DNA of 64,000 nt from Selaginella moellendorffii (taxonomy: Eukaryota; Plantae; Lycopodiophyta): positions 819,379-883,378 of the forward strand of contig NW_003314324.1 in NCBI RefSeq assembly GCF_000143415.4. The letters are read 5' to 3'. Below are positions 49,731 through 62,080 of the stretch, piece after piece. Positions within the stretch are counted from its first letter, which is position 1. Every line of letters starts with the position of its first letter. Made by a program: the position numbers and the translations under genes. Below the pieces are notes generated by a model. That model saw nothing but the letters and a program-made list of their open reading frames with translations, searched no databases and was not told the origin of the DNA.

Positions 49731-51066
49731 CCCAAGTGGCTTGACTTCAGAGCCTCACTACTCAGAGTCGACTGTTTCCATGAAGATGAAGGGACTAACC
49801 TGACGAAGTGCTCTGTGTAATTCGAATGGCATCCGGAGAGTGGGGTATTCCTTCGTTTCAAATGCATTCTTCTGCAAAATCGAGAGAATATAAAAACAAA
49901 GAGATGAAAAGCGAGAAAAGCTTTTGTCATTGCACACCAGTTATTGGATAAAGCACATCAAACTGAGGTTCCATTCCATCCGGGAACTCATCGACAAAGG
50001 CAAAATTCTTCTGGAATTTTGTCCTACCAACACGCTGGCGGATGTCCTGACCAAGGCTCTACCTTGTGTAAAGCATCAAGTCTTCCTAAAGACACTCAAG
50101 CTAGGTAATGGAAACCTTGAGGAGTGTGGGAAGCACAAGGTCCACATCACTAGCCACATCACATATCCTCACTAACCGTCAAGAGTTGCCACATCCTCTT
50201 AAAATTCCTAAATGCAGCTGCTTCCTACATTTCCATGGATCATCACTATAAACCCATACAATTAACCATGTATTAACCGTCATAACAATAACACAACACT
50301 GTTTCATAATACAACAAGACCTTTCTGCAATCCAAGCCAAAGAAGAAAACACAAACTAAACCTTAGAATGTGATTCCGCAAGCTTCTCGTGCTCCACCTT
50401 ATCCGGAATGCCCTTAGGAAACCTGGACAAAGAACATTTCACAAACACATACAAAGAACCGACTCGTTACCAGAACATGCTGAGCTCTTTGGCCCAGTCG
50501 CCCACGAAGTTTAGCTCTCCAGCAGCTTCGTGGTATGCGTTGTAATCGTTCAGGATGGAATGGTTGCCACTGACGATCACAGCTAGAAGTTCCAGACCCA
50601 AGCACGTCCTATCATTTGCTTCCAGTGCCCTCTACAAGATCAAAATAAACAATCAAATACTCTAGTTCCAAAGTGAATACTCCTGGACGAAGAACGAACA
50701 AGAAGCATTCCAAAGCTAAAGCAAGAGGGAAGAACAAAGAGAAACTCGCTGGCGCGGTACTTAGGACCATCTTGCAAGCTTGCGCTCCCACCAGCAAACA
50801 AGATGCCACTGATCAGCGAGAATTTCTGTGCAAAAAAATAAGCGCAAAGAAACTGGAAGTTACCTTTGCTAGCGTCTCCCAAGGCGGAACGGCGCGAGCA
50901 CCCCGGCCTCTACGAATTTCACATACCAGGCAGCGATGTAAGATATGTTGGAGCGCCTAGGACCGCCCGTCGATGTAGCTCCTCCCATCGCCATTGTCAG
51001 GCTGAGTGAGAATCCCAATCAGCGGCGCTTCTCCCGGGATTCTTCGGGCAGCTGGATGATCCCGGC
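49731..51066 (-). pseudogene. GGH pseudogene, copy 2 (no start or signal peptide, deletions, interrupted by Copia)
   Basis: Collinear with 44810-46100 but frameshifted, missing the HPE codons and the last exon. Confidence 0.88.
49951..50316 (+). mobile_element. 5'-truncated Ty1/Copia end: RNase H C-terminus, short polypurine tract and a ~190-bp 3' LTR (50125-50316)
   Basis: KHIKLRFHSIRELIDKGKILLEFCPTNTLADVLTKAL matches Copia RNase H; GAGGAG is followed by TG...CA; GGH sequence resumes at 50317; the insertion is absent from paralogue copy 4. Confidence 0.85.
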
Positions 51067-51109
51067 AATTTCCCGCGAATTAGGGTTCTTATGCTATGGT
51101 TTTTTCATT

Positions 51110-52792
51110 TCGCCATAGCCCCGTGTCAATTGCTAGAGCAGCGGACGCACACAAGAAACAAGCCAAGATCAGTGGCGACGAGCGCTGCCAAGAGCCAGAA
51201 GAAGTAGTCCATATGGTGATCGATCCAGCTCCCGCGTCTGCCACCCTTGCTCGTGATCTTCTCCACCGCACCAACAAGAACAACTCCCTAAAGCATTTGT
51301 AGCAAGCGACAGTGCACCGATCAAACTCCGCATTGCCTCGGGGGACTCCTTGTTGAAGAACTCGGTCCTCCCAGCAAACGCGAACACTCCAGCGGCGCCC
51401 ACTTGAAAATGCTGTGGCACCTGCCAGAGTATACTCACCTGGTGAACCATTGCGTGCGTTTCCACCACCCCCGCCACAACCATGGCCAAAAGCCCCAGGC
51501 CCATCCTTTGCAAGCCGGTCAACCCACTCTGTTGACCGGTCAACATGTGAAGAACTGGGACGAGAAGCCTCTCGTAGAGCGGCACTGTGAGAATGACGGC
51601 GATGGTGTCAAATGCCGCGAGCGATGCCAGGGGGACTTTGAAGCCGGATATGCGGTTGCGCATTTCTTGCCCCTGCTGCACGAACAGCGTCGAGGTCTGG
51701 ATGAAAACGGTGGAGAAGATGATGCTCGTCCCCCACACTGGCATCAAGTGCAGGATGATCTTCACCTCCTCGATCTGCGTTACCGTGCATAACCTCCATC
51801 CCGTCGGTGGTGAGTTCCCAAACGCTGTTTGCTCATCGCGAGCGATGGCTGCCGCCTTGTCGAGAAATCCAAATCCAGCAGTGTGCTGAATCTGCTGACT
51901 TCCTGGAATGCTGGAACTCTCCCCTTGTAGCTCATAGAGGGTTGCATTTGCATGCTCGACTTCTATCCTTGCACTTCTGTTTCTGGCAGCGGCAACGAAA
52001 ACTTGTGCCACCCTGGTTAGCGGGCTCCCACCCGGTTGCTTGTGCTTGTACCGCGGCCAGCCCATGAGAAAGATCATGGCGGACGCCGTGACCGCCACTG
52101 TGGGGATGGCGAACCCGAGCGGCCAGCTTACTTCCTGCTGGACATATACCAGAGCTGTTCCCGCAATCAGACCTCCGATGTTGGTGAAGTAGCTCCAGTT
52201 GAAGAAGCTGGCCTTGTTGCTTGCTGGATCATCAGACTCTTCCAGTTGAAAAGCACCGAATGATGAAATGCAAGACCTTGGTCCACCGGATCCCACGGCT
52301 ATGACGTATAACGCTGTGTAAAGCAAGGCCGGGTTTACTGTTTTGCTGCAAGTATGTGATCCAGTGCTATGGCATGTAGGGTGTAGCAAAGTTGACAAGG
52401 TTAGCAAGATCATACCCTGTGAGTGTAACGTTGGGCAAAGGTGAGTCTAGAGTGTCTCTTTTTCTTACCAGCAAGTAGATGCCGAAAAAGGCGTTGATCG
52501 TCCGAAACTGGCCGAGGTAAGAGTCTGCAAGGAATCCACCCAGTAGAGGGCTAAGATTACAGGTTCCCATCCAGTTTGAGACTGCGTTTGCCGCACTGGC
52601 TTTGGATACGTGAAGCTTGCTAGACATGTAGATCACCATGTTTGCTACAATGGCGTAGTATGCGAGCCGTTCCATGGAGAGAGAAACTAGAAACGCAGAG
52701 AAATTAAGAAAGCCATTCAATCCTTATGGGAACCGAAGTGTACCAATAATGAATTTGCAAGCCCACCATCCAGCAGCTCCATTGTCGGCCAT
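51110..52792 (-). pseudogene. NPF/PTR (POT) transporter copy with a C-terminal frameshift, probable pseudogene
   Basis: Three exons as in the 62081-63791 copy, but an 11-bp deletion at ~51281 shifts the frame in the last transmembrane region; also in-frame deletions and PQYFL changed to PQHFQ. Confidence 0.8.
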
Positions 52793-53761
52793 TTAGGATA
52801 AACAAAGCTGAACCCTAAGAACATCTGCTCAGCTCCGGTGGTTTTCACCCAAATCAACTTGCTGTGAATGGAAGTTCTTCATTGTGGATTGCATCTCAAG
52901 TTCAACCTTTTGAAAATTTCTGATCATTGGCTTCCACGGTGTTAGGTTCTTCAGGAAGGAAGACGAGGCGGCAGTCCTGTGGTTCAAAATCTATTGCGCA
53001 AAATTGAATTTTTCTACTTCGTTGAAACTCGTTTTGCCCCTATTTTTCTCAAATACTTTGTAATTTCTAATATTACGTTTGTAGAACTTATATGCAAATG
53101 AAACAAAATGCAAAAAAAATTGCAAAATGGAAAGCTGAGAGTGCATTGTGTAATGCAACATAATAGACATGTTCAAGACATGCACATTGTCATCCTTGTT
53201 GCCACAGCTCAGAGAAGAGCAACCCTCATAGCACAATTTAACACAAAGATAAACTTACCAATGCACATATATTGTAAATTCTGTGAGAGGTAAGAAGAGA
53301 GTAATAATTGGTAGTACCTAAGAATTCATCTCATAAGGGTTTCATCTGGCAACCATAAATAACAATTGGTGCTGATATAATCTTCTAAGTAGTCTCCAAG
53401 GCAAAAACTTGAGCATGAGAAAAACTGCAAAAGTTATTGAGATTCGCAAACATAAAAAAATGTGTCAATTACATTTTTGGCCAATATAACTCAAGCCCAA
53501 TTGCCCTTGAGCTGCATGTTCCCCCCCAACTCATCAGAGTAAAAAACATATTTACCCAGTTACCCCCAAGATCCATGTTGCAATTTGTTCTTCTCTAGCA
53601 AAATGGTCTGCAGGCCTTCTATTGGCCAAGAGCAAAAGACTTCACTCTGGGCCTGAGATCTGACAGTTGATTGGTTCATTGCTGAAAATGTATAGAAATC
53701 TCTAAAAGTTACAAATAAATAAATACAAATTCTCAAACTATGTATGAACCAGTGAATATTC

Positions 53762-55143
53762 CTACGATCCCAGAGTAGTATAGTTGCGGAAGAATTCATG
53801 GTTCACGAGCTTCTTCATATGGATTGCAGGTAGCGAGATGAGCAGCCGCCGGTGCCTTCCTCCTCTCGGGCTGGGGAGAATCACCGTGACACCGTTCCCA
53901 TACCACGACTGCATTACCAGAGAGTAGTGTACAGTCTTTCCCCATCCAAAATCAACGCTGTACACAGGGAAACTGTGCAAGCTCGTGCTGTAGATCCCAG
54001 TCACCGACACAAAATCACCATTTAGATTGATCTTCCGTCCTCTGCCCAGCTCCATCTCCATCCAATCGATGGCGGATTGCATGTGTTCTTGAATGGTGCT
54101 TAGGATATCCTCCTGGAACAACCTCGCAGCATAGGAGAGATGGCGGGATTTGGCCTTGGCAGTGAGGCATGGCGAGTGGATGCTGTTGCCAATGTACGAG
54201 GCTGGGACTGGGGGGTTCCAGCGGTTCTTGCCCTTGAGAGAGATCGCATAGACGTAGCTTGTGATGATCGAGTCTTGGAGATCTCTGGCCTCGGTGATGG
54301 CTTTCCACATCATGGCGCTCGTTGCCTCGAACGAGGTTGGAGGGCGGCCATAGCTGTACGGACCACTGTGAACGTCTCGGATAAGATCGTCGACTTGGTC
54401 AGGATCCATCTCAAACATCTTCACTACGTACTCGCACGTTACGTCGGTTGCTTTGGCCGAGTGAGTGTTATAGATCGGAGAGGAGTAGTAGTCGCGGACT
54501 GGCAGAATGGGGGCTGCCTGGCCTGGAAAATGTTAGAGGCAAAAACCGGAGGCCTCGAAAGCGGCAGGCCTCGGTGGATTTCGGACCAAGAATTCACAAA
54601 CGCAAAGAATGAGGATCCATCCAGCACCACTTCGGCCGTTAAGATCCCTAATGCGATCCCACCACACTTGAACTTCGTCACCTAGATTCAGGAATTCCAT
54701 GAAATATTGAAGAATTAAATGCGATATCAAGAAACCTGCCTGAACTTTGAAGATCGGAGCAGTGTCTGGATCCGTGATGGCCACTTCCGAAGGATTGAGA
54801 TGCTGCTCGATGGAGCAAAACGCCATGTTTTTCCAATCGCTGAAGCTGGCATCGGGGGCCTCCACAAACGAGATGCCACCGTCGTTGCAATCCACCTCCA
54901 GCTTGTGACCATCTTCCGCCCTGCGCACCCGCCCTGCCAAGACATAAAACGGGACAAGCACTCTGGACAGCGAAGCTCTCAAGCTCGCGACAAGATCATC
55001 CCTGCTAGATGGCGGGAAATAGTAGACTTGCTTGGTGTAATTCTCAAAGGAGATGTGGAAGTCGAGATTGGAGAGCTTGTGAATCCAGGGCTGTGGAGTC
55101 AGAGTTTCGGGCTTGACAGTCCAAGACCCAACACCCTAGCCAT
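53762..55143 (-). pseudogene. BAHD copy 3, frameshifted pseudogene
   Basis: 7-bp deletion at ~54508 in exon 2 plus several small in-frame deletions relative to copies 1, 2 and 4. Confidence 0.88.
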
Positions 55144-55892
55144 ATAGGAACATACACAAACTTAATATATATATTACCTATAAGATTTCATGTTTGTTTA
55201 TATATATATAACGAGTAAAGGTATTTATATTTATGGTTGCATTTTCATTAGTTATATTAATCATTTAAAATAGGGGTTTAAAGTAAAAAATGATACGGGA
55301 TTATACTGACAGAGCTAAAGAGCCAATCCAGCTTTTCCTACATGCATTCTTCCAAAACAAAGAAGAGCATTCTCTTTCGTAGTCCAAGGCCCACGCGAAA
55401 GAAACAAATGGCCTAATGAAGAGGTTAAGGGCAAGCCCGTACTGAACTAGTACAATCTGGAGGACTCTTTTGTCCGATGTAAGTAGTATACAGGTTTCTT
55501 CAGAACTGTACAGACCACGTTAGCCACGTGGGTTTATCAATAAGATTGTTACCAAGAACTAAACTCGATCGGACAGTTGCCAATGGTGCGATGACCAGCG
55601 AATATAGAGTTTAAACAATAGAAATTAGATGCGAACTCACAAAGCTATGGGTTCCACAGCGAGAGCTGTAGCTCTGGAAAAGCATCAGATGGAAGAACTG
55701 AAAGCTGTTTCCCGTGTACCACAACCATCACCTCTAATAACTCCTCTCAGCATCGTACCAGGGCAGATTACTTACAACTTGCAATATCGTTCTCGTCCTC
55801 CCTGCCTGCAAGTGGGCAGCCAGTTGAGATTATTCTGCCCTTGTGAAAAGTGTGCACATCCTTTCCTGTGACGTGGGGAGGATCAAATACAA

Positions 55893-55966
55893 TTCCGTTG
55901 GCGGCATTTGAACCAGGGTCGCCTGGATGAAAGCCAGGCATCCTGACCGGAATAGACGACGACGGA
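55893..55966 (-). pseudogene. Second, more decayed tRNA-Glu(UUC)-like copy
   Basis: Same as 44537-44610, but the 3' strand of the T stem has changed from CCCGG to GCCGC. Confidence 0.78.
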
Positions 55967-56012
55967 TTAGAGACCTCAGCTAAAATAACAGTAGTTTTAT
56001 TATCAGATTGCT

Positions 56013-56884
56013 TCACCAGAAGACGTAAGATTGATCGAAGTGTCCCTTCCTACAAGCACAGTACAAAGAGGCTCTGAGCGATTTTAGATTTTGATGGGAG
56101 TAAGTACCCGTCTCGGCCGGAATAGATTGGCGAATAGTTGTAGATCAATAGCTGCTCTTCTTCTTCCCAAGAAGCTGTGTGGCTTGACTTCAGAGCCTCG
56201 CTACTCAGACAAACAGTCCAGAGTTTATCCTGTTTAATGAGAAGGTGAAGAGAATTGCCCGACGAAGAAGCTGGCAGCGCTCTGTGTAATATGAACGGCA
56301 TCCGGAGAGTGAGCTATTCCTTCATATCCCCATTCGAAAGCATTCTTCTGTAAAATCGAGAGAATATCAAAACAAAGAGGTGAAAAACGAGAAAAGCTCT
56401 ACCTCGGGATGCCATTGCACACCAGTTACTGGATACTTGGGTCCTTCAATCGTCGAAATATATATCTGAAAATCCAAAGGAACTGATGGCTCAAGAGATT
56501 TGGCACCGAGAATTACCTTCCCATTCAGGTCAGGAGTCGTAGTTAGCACGTCGAAGAAATCTCTAAGGCTCTGTGTGTCTCTCCAAGTCTGTGGAGATAG
56601 ACCTTTCTGCAATCCAAGCCAAAGAAATGAGAAGAAGAAAACACAAAGTAAGTGCTGAGAACCTTACAATGTGATTCTGCATTGCAAGCTTATCGTGCTC
56701 CACCTTATCCAGAATGTCCTTAGGAAACCTGGACAAAGAACATTTCACAAGCACATACAAAGAACTGACTTGTTACCAGGTAAACATGCTGCACTCTTTG
56801 GCCCAGTCGCCCACGAAGTTTAGCTCTCCAGCAGCTTTGTGTGCGTTGTAATACTCGAGGATGGAATGGTTGCCACTGACGATC
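56013..56884 (-). pseudogene. GGH copy 3, 5'-truncated (lacks the first exons and the catalytic Cys)
   Basis: 3' exons are near-identical to copy 1; similarity breaks at ~56884, next to a 15-bp tandem duplication (CTAGTGGGATTAAAA x2). Confidence 0.88.
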
Positions 56885-56959
56885 CTAGTGGGATTAAAAC
56901 TAGTGGGATTAAAAATTATTAGTTAAGAATAATAATAGAAATAAAACTTACCTAGTTCA

Positions 56960-57800
56960 ACATATGTATATAATATATCAGTTAAAGTTTGTGTAGTACG
57001 ATTGGCTACCGGAACCATAAACATTCGATCTGAATCACGTTCAATTCCTCCAAAGACTCATTAACCTTCTACTCTTCTACCACAATTATATTTCTGCTTA
57101 CCAAACTTACTTTCATCAATTTCCACAATACTTCCTGGACCACCAATCTTTTGATTACCTCATTGTAATGTGATAATGCAAATATCACGACAAAAGTTGT
57201 ACCAATTTGTTATCGTGTGCTCACTTTTAATACTACACTCAATATGAGTTTAATCTTGTGGCATTTTAATGCACCAACAATACATCACTCTAAGCATTTG
57301 AGTAAATATGAGATTACTATTTGCAAACCATGTATTAGTTCTAAGAAATTTTGTGATATTGCAATTTTTACAATTCCACTTTAAACCATCTTTACAACCT
57401 TGATTATCATATCGATATCTCATTGGTCAATGACATCTTTCACATTCTCTCTCTTGTGGGAGAAGACCAACCGTAATACAAAAACTAAAAGAATTTACCT
57501 TACTATTAGTTCTCTCAATAATATTAGAAAAAGAAAGAATACTATCTTAAGCATGATTTACATATTCCAATCTAGCCATAATACTAAAGAGAATGAATAA
57601 AATAAGAAAGAAAATATAAGGAGCACAAACATAAAACACAATGAGGAAAGACCTAAACCAATCGTAGGTTATATACTTATAAATTATAGCCGTTCATTCA
57701 CTGGCTAATTATAAAATTATATAATTAAAATTTAACGTTACTAATTTAGAGTTAGTCGTTAAACATTTAGGGTGTAGAGCTGGGAATGACTAAGCGCGCC
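56960..57800 (-). mobile_element. Merlin / IS1595 (ISXO2-like) DNA transposon remnant
   Basis: Hand translation of ~57410-56975 gives DGLKWNCKNC..LRTNTWF..YCW..HTITNWYNFCRDIC..KIGGPGSIVEIDESKFGKQKYNCGRRVEG**VFGGIERDS..FMVPVANRT..TL, with in-frame stops. AT-rich; absent from the paralogous half. Confidence 0.85.
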
Positions 57801-58928
57801 ACGGAGGAAGCGAGGAGGCAACCACGTAAGAGTGAGGGGTGCTGTATTGTGCATTTCTTCCGCAGCACTGCTAAGATCGCACTGGCGGCGGCATTGTGCT
57901 GCAAGCAGCAGTGCTAGATCGCAGCAGCAGTGGCCGCGATCGCAGCTCGAGGAGATCTAGCCGGTAAGAGACTGATATTGCTGCCTGTGACTCGATGCAG
58001 TGAGATTTTCTTCAAACCAGAACGGAATGAAGCCTAGGGTGTCTGCTGTCCCATGGAAGACACCCGAGATCCTCTTCTCACAACACTCAAACTTGCCAAC
58101 AAACTGATACACGACTCTAACTGCCTGAGGTAGAACTTAGGATAATCCAAAGGTTCTGGGAAAGGTGTTTATAGGCCAAATAGCAATGTACGTGACATAT
58201 CAAGTAAGACCGGCTTCTCAAGCCAGCTCTTGAATGTTAAGAATGAAACAATCAAAGCATAGCTTTTTATAAATGTTCTTGGCTGTGTATGGTTCCAGAG
58301 AGTAGAGGTCAGACAGTCCAAGAGCCATAATTCTTTCTGGAAAGGGCATGATTGCTTTGGCTCGTCAACATGGCGCGAGAGAAACCCTGGTGATTCTCCA
58401 ACGATATCCTTGTGATTAGAGCGCTGTATGTCACTACATATAAGAATGCCCACTTGAGGCTGGCCAAAACGCTGGGAAAGAAGAAATGTTCCTTGCGCGT
58501 AATCTTGTCTCACAATCGAATAGATGCCACCATTCGATGGATATGAACTGCAGCCACGTGTCAATTTGCAATTTGCCATTTCGTTTTCTCCCATAGCACC
58601 AATGAGCTTCTTCCCTTCCAGCCAGTGTGCCCGCCATCAAACATCAAACATCAACGTCATTTTAACCCCAACCATAGTTAGATGATGATGACACCAAATT
58701 CTTCCATATAAATATTTGTTGTCTTTTATAGAGATTTGCTATACATTTGGTCCAGATGCAATGAACCAAAGCTGGTGGGCAATGTCCTCGTGGACGGTGA
58801 ATCAGAAATATAGACTTTTACATTTTTAAGGATTTAATCCTTGTGTTTAAAATAAGATTACTTATCAAAACAAATCCTTAGTTCAAGAAAAAAATTACCA
58901 ACACCCCATAGATATGAATAGATCATTC

Positions 58929-60345
58929 TTACGATCCGAGAGTAGTATACTTGCGGAAGAATTCATGGTTCACGAGCTTCTTCATATGGATTGCAGGTAG
59001 CGAGATGAGCAGCCGCCGGTGCCTTCCTCCTCTCGGGCTGGGGAGAATCACCGTGACACCGTTCCCATACCACGGCGGCTGCATTACCAGAGAGTAGTGT
59101 ACAGTCTTTCCCCATCCAAAATCAACGCTGTACACAGGGAAACTGTGCAAGCTCGTGCTGTAGATCCCAGTCCCCGACACAAAATCACCATTTAGATTGA
59201 TCTTCCTTCCTCTGCCCAGCTCCATCTCCATCCAATCGATGGCGGATTGCATGTGTTCTTGAGTGGTGCTTAGGATATCCTCGTGGAAGAGCCTCGCAGC
59301 GTAGGAGAGATGGCGGGATTTGATGTCCCCGGCCTTGGCAGTGAGGCATGGCGAGTGGATGCTGTTGCCAATGTACGAGGCTGGGACTGGGGGGTTCCAG
59401 CGGTTCTTGCCCTTGAGAGAGATTGCATAGACGTAGCTTGTGATGATCGAGTCTTGGAGATCTCTGGCCTCGGTGGTGGCTTTCCAGATCATGGCGCTCG
59501 TTGCCTCGAACGAGGTTGGAGGGCGGCCATAGCTGTACGGACCACTGTGAACGTCTCGGATAAGATCGTCGACTTGGTCAGGATCCATCTCAAACATCTT
59601 CACGACGTACTCGCACGTTACGTCGGTTGCTTTGGCCGAGTGAGTGTTATAGATCGGAGAGGAGTAGTAGTCGCGGACTGGCAGAATGATCGCTGGGGGC
59701 TGTCTGGCCTGGAAAATGTTAGAGGCAAAAACCGGAGGCCTCGAAAGCGGCAGGCCTCGGTGGATTTCGGACCAAGAATTCACAAACGCAAAGAATGACG
59801 ATCCATCCAGGATCACTTCGGCCGTTAAGATCCCCAATGCGATCCCACCACACTTGAACTTCGTCACCTAGATTCAGGAATTCCATGAAATATTGAAGAA
59901 TTAACTGCGATATCAAGAAACCTGCCTGAACTTTGAAGATCGGAGCAGTGTCTGGATCCGTGATGGCCACATCCGAAGGATTGAGATGCTGCTCGATGGA
60001 GCAAAACGCCATGTTTTTCCAATCGCTGAAGCTGGCGTCGGGGGCACTCGCCTCCACAAACGAGACGCCAGCGTCGTTGCAATCCACCTCCAGCTTGTGA
60101 CCATCTTCCGCCTTGCGCACTCGTCCTGCCAAGACATAAAACGGGACAAGCACTCTGGACAGCGAAGCTTTCAAGCTCGCGACAAGATCATCCCTGCTAG
60201 ATGGCGGGAAATAGTAGACTTGCTTGGTGTAATTCTCAAAGGAGATGTGGAAGTCGAGATTGGAGAGCTTGTGAATCCGGGGTTGTGGAGTCGGAGTTTC
60301 GGGCTTGACAGTCCAAGACCCCAACACGGTCACAACACTGGCCAT
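58929..60345 (-). CDS. BAHD acyltransferase-family protein, copy 4 (intact; TAEVILDG)
   Basis: Near-identical to copies 1 and 2; both exons are open; DFGWG present. Confidence 0.92.
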
Positions 60346-60974
60346 TGTTGATGAGAGAAACGTACATACAACCTAATATATATCTATATATATAATTTGT
60401 GGAAATGCAAAGCTTTGCGTGCCAGCTGTGCGCGGCGACGCGTTTGGTTGTGGTCCATAGCCACCAGGGCTCCACACAGATCACGACAAGGATTAATTCG
60501 GCCTTTTTGAAAAGTTGTTTACACGTTTTTCGCGTTCACTCTGAGGCTCCAAGATCAAACTGGAGTTGGTAAGGCTGAAAATTTTATCAACTCCACTCTG
60601 TCGCTATTTTCACATCGCCACCATGCAATTGCCAACAATCTGGTCAATGAAATGTGTATGTACATTCCTTTAGAGGCTAATACAAAAACTAAACATGTTA
60701 CTTTCTCATGAAATTAGCTAACGAAATTCTTCCACGTGCGGGCCTAGCCCTGTTGTATAAGTAGCTGGTCTCCTCCGTGCGGGCCTAACTCTGTAGTAAA
60801 CGCAGCTGCGGTCTCCTCCTCCGTGCCGTGTCTCCCCTCTGCGTCCGGCAACGGTATCATATTTGACCATGAAATTTCTTTTTTTCACGGCCAGTGGAGA
60901 AACATGAAGTCGACGGGTGCATGGTCTATTGTGGCGCAGTCGGGTCGTCTGGGTTAGACGACAACGGATTCTTC

Positions 60975-62042
60975 CCAAGTGGCTTGACTTCAGAGCCTCG
61001 CTACTCAGACAAACAGTCGACTGTTTCCATGAAGATGAAGGGACTAACCTGACGAAGAAGCTGGGTGCTCTGTGTAATTCGAATGGCATCCAGAGAGTGG
61101 TATTCCGTCGTATTCCCATTCGAATGCATTCTTCTGCAAAATCGAGAGACTATAAAAACAAAGAGATGAAAAGCGAGAAAAGCTTTTGCCATTGCACACC
61201 AGTTATTGGTTACTTGCGTCCTTCAATGGCCGAAATATATATCTGAAATTCCAAAGAAACTGATGGCTCAAGAGATTTGGGAGAAGTACCTTCCCATGAG
61301 TCGTAGTTAGCACGTCGAAGAAATCTCTAAGGCTCTATCTGTCCAAGTCTGTGGAGATAGACCTTTCTGCAATCCAAGTCAAAGAAGAAAACACAAACTA
61401 AACCTTACAATGTGATTCTGCAAGCTTCTCGTGCTCCACCTTATCCAGAATGCCCTTAGGAAACCTCTTTCACAAACACATACAAAGAACTGACTCGTTA
61501 CCAGAACATGCTGCGCTCTTTGGCCCTGTCGCCCACGAAGTTTAGCTCTCCAGCAGCTTCCAGTGCGTTGTAATAGTCCGAGGATGGAATGGTTGCCCCT
61601 GACGATCACAGAAGTTCCAGACCCAAGCACGTCCCAAGCATATCATTTGCTTTCAGTGCCCTCTACAAGATCAAAATAAACAATCAAAGACTAAAAACAA
61701 TGGACGAAACGAAGAACGAACAAGAAGCATTCCAACACTAAAGCAAGAGGGAAGAACATAGAGAAACTCGCCGGTACTTAGGACCATCTTGCAAGCTTGC
61801 GCTCCCACCAGCGAACAAGATGCCACTGATCAGCGAGAATTTCTGTGCAAACAAATAAGCGCAAAGAAACTGGTAAAGCAAAAGAACGGCGCGAGCACCC
61901 CGGCCTCTACGAGTTTCACATACGAGGCAGCGATGTAAGATATGTTGGAGCGCCTAGGACCGCCGTCGATGTAGCTCCTCTCATCGCCATCGTCGGACTG
62001 AGTGAGAACGCCGCTTCTCCCGGGATTTTGGATGATCCCGGC
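60975..62042 (-). pseudogene. GGH pseudogene, copy 4
   Basis: Shares lesions with copy 2 (lost start, lost HPE codons, lost last exon) but lacks the Copia insertion. Confidence 0.88.
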
Positions 62043-62080
62043 AATTTCCCGCGAATTAGGGTTCTTATGCTATGGTTTAT

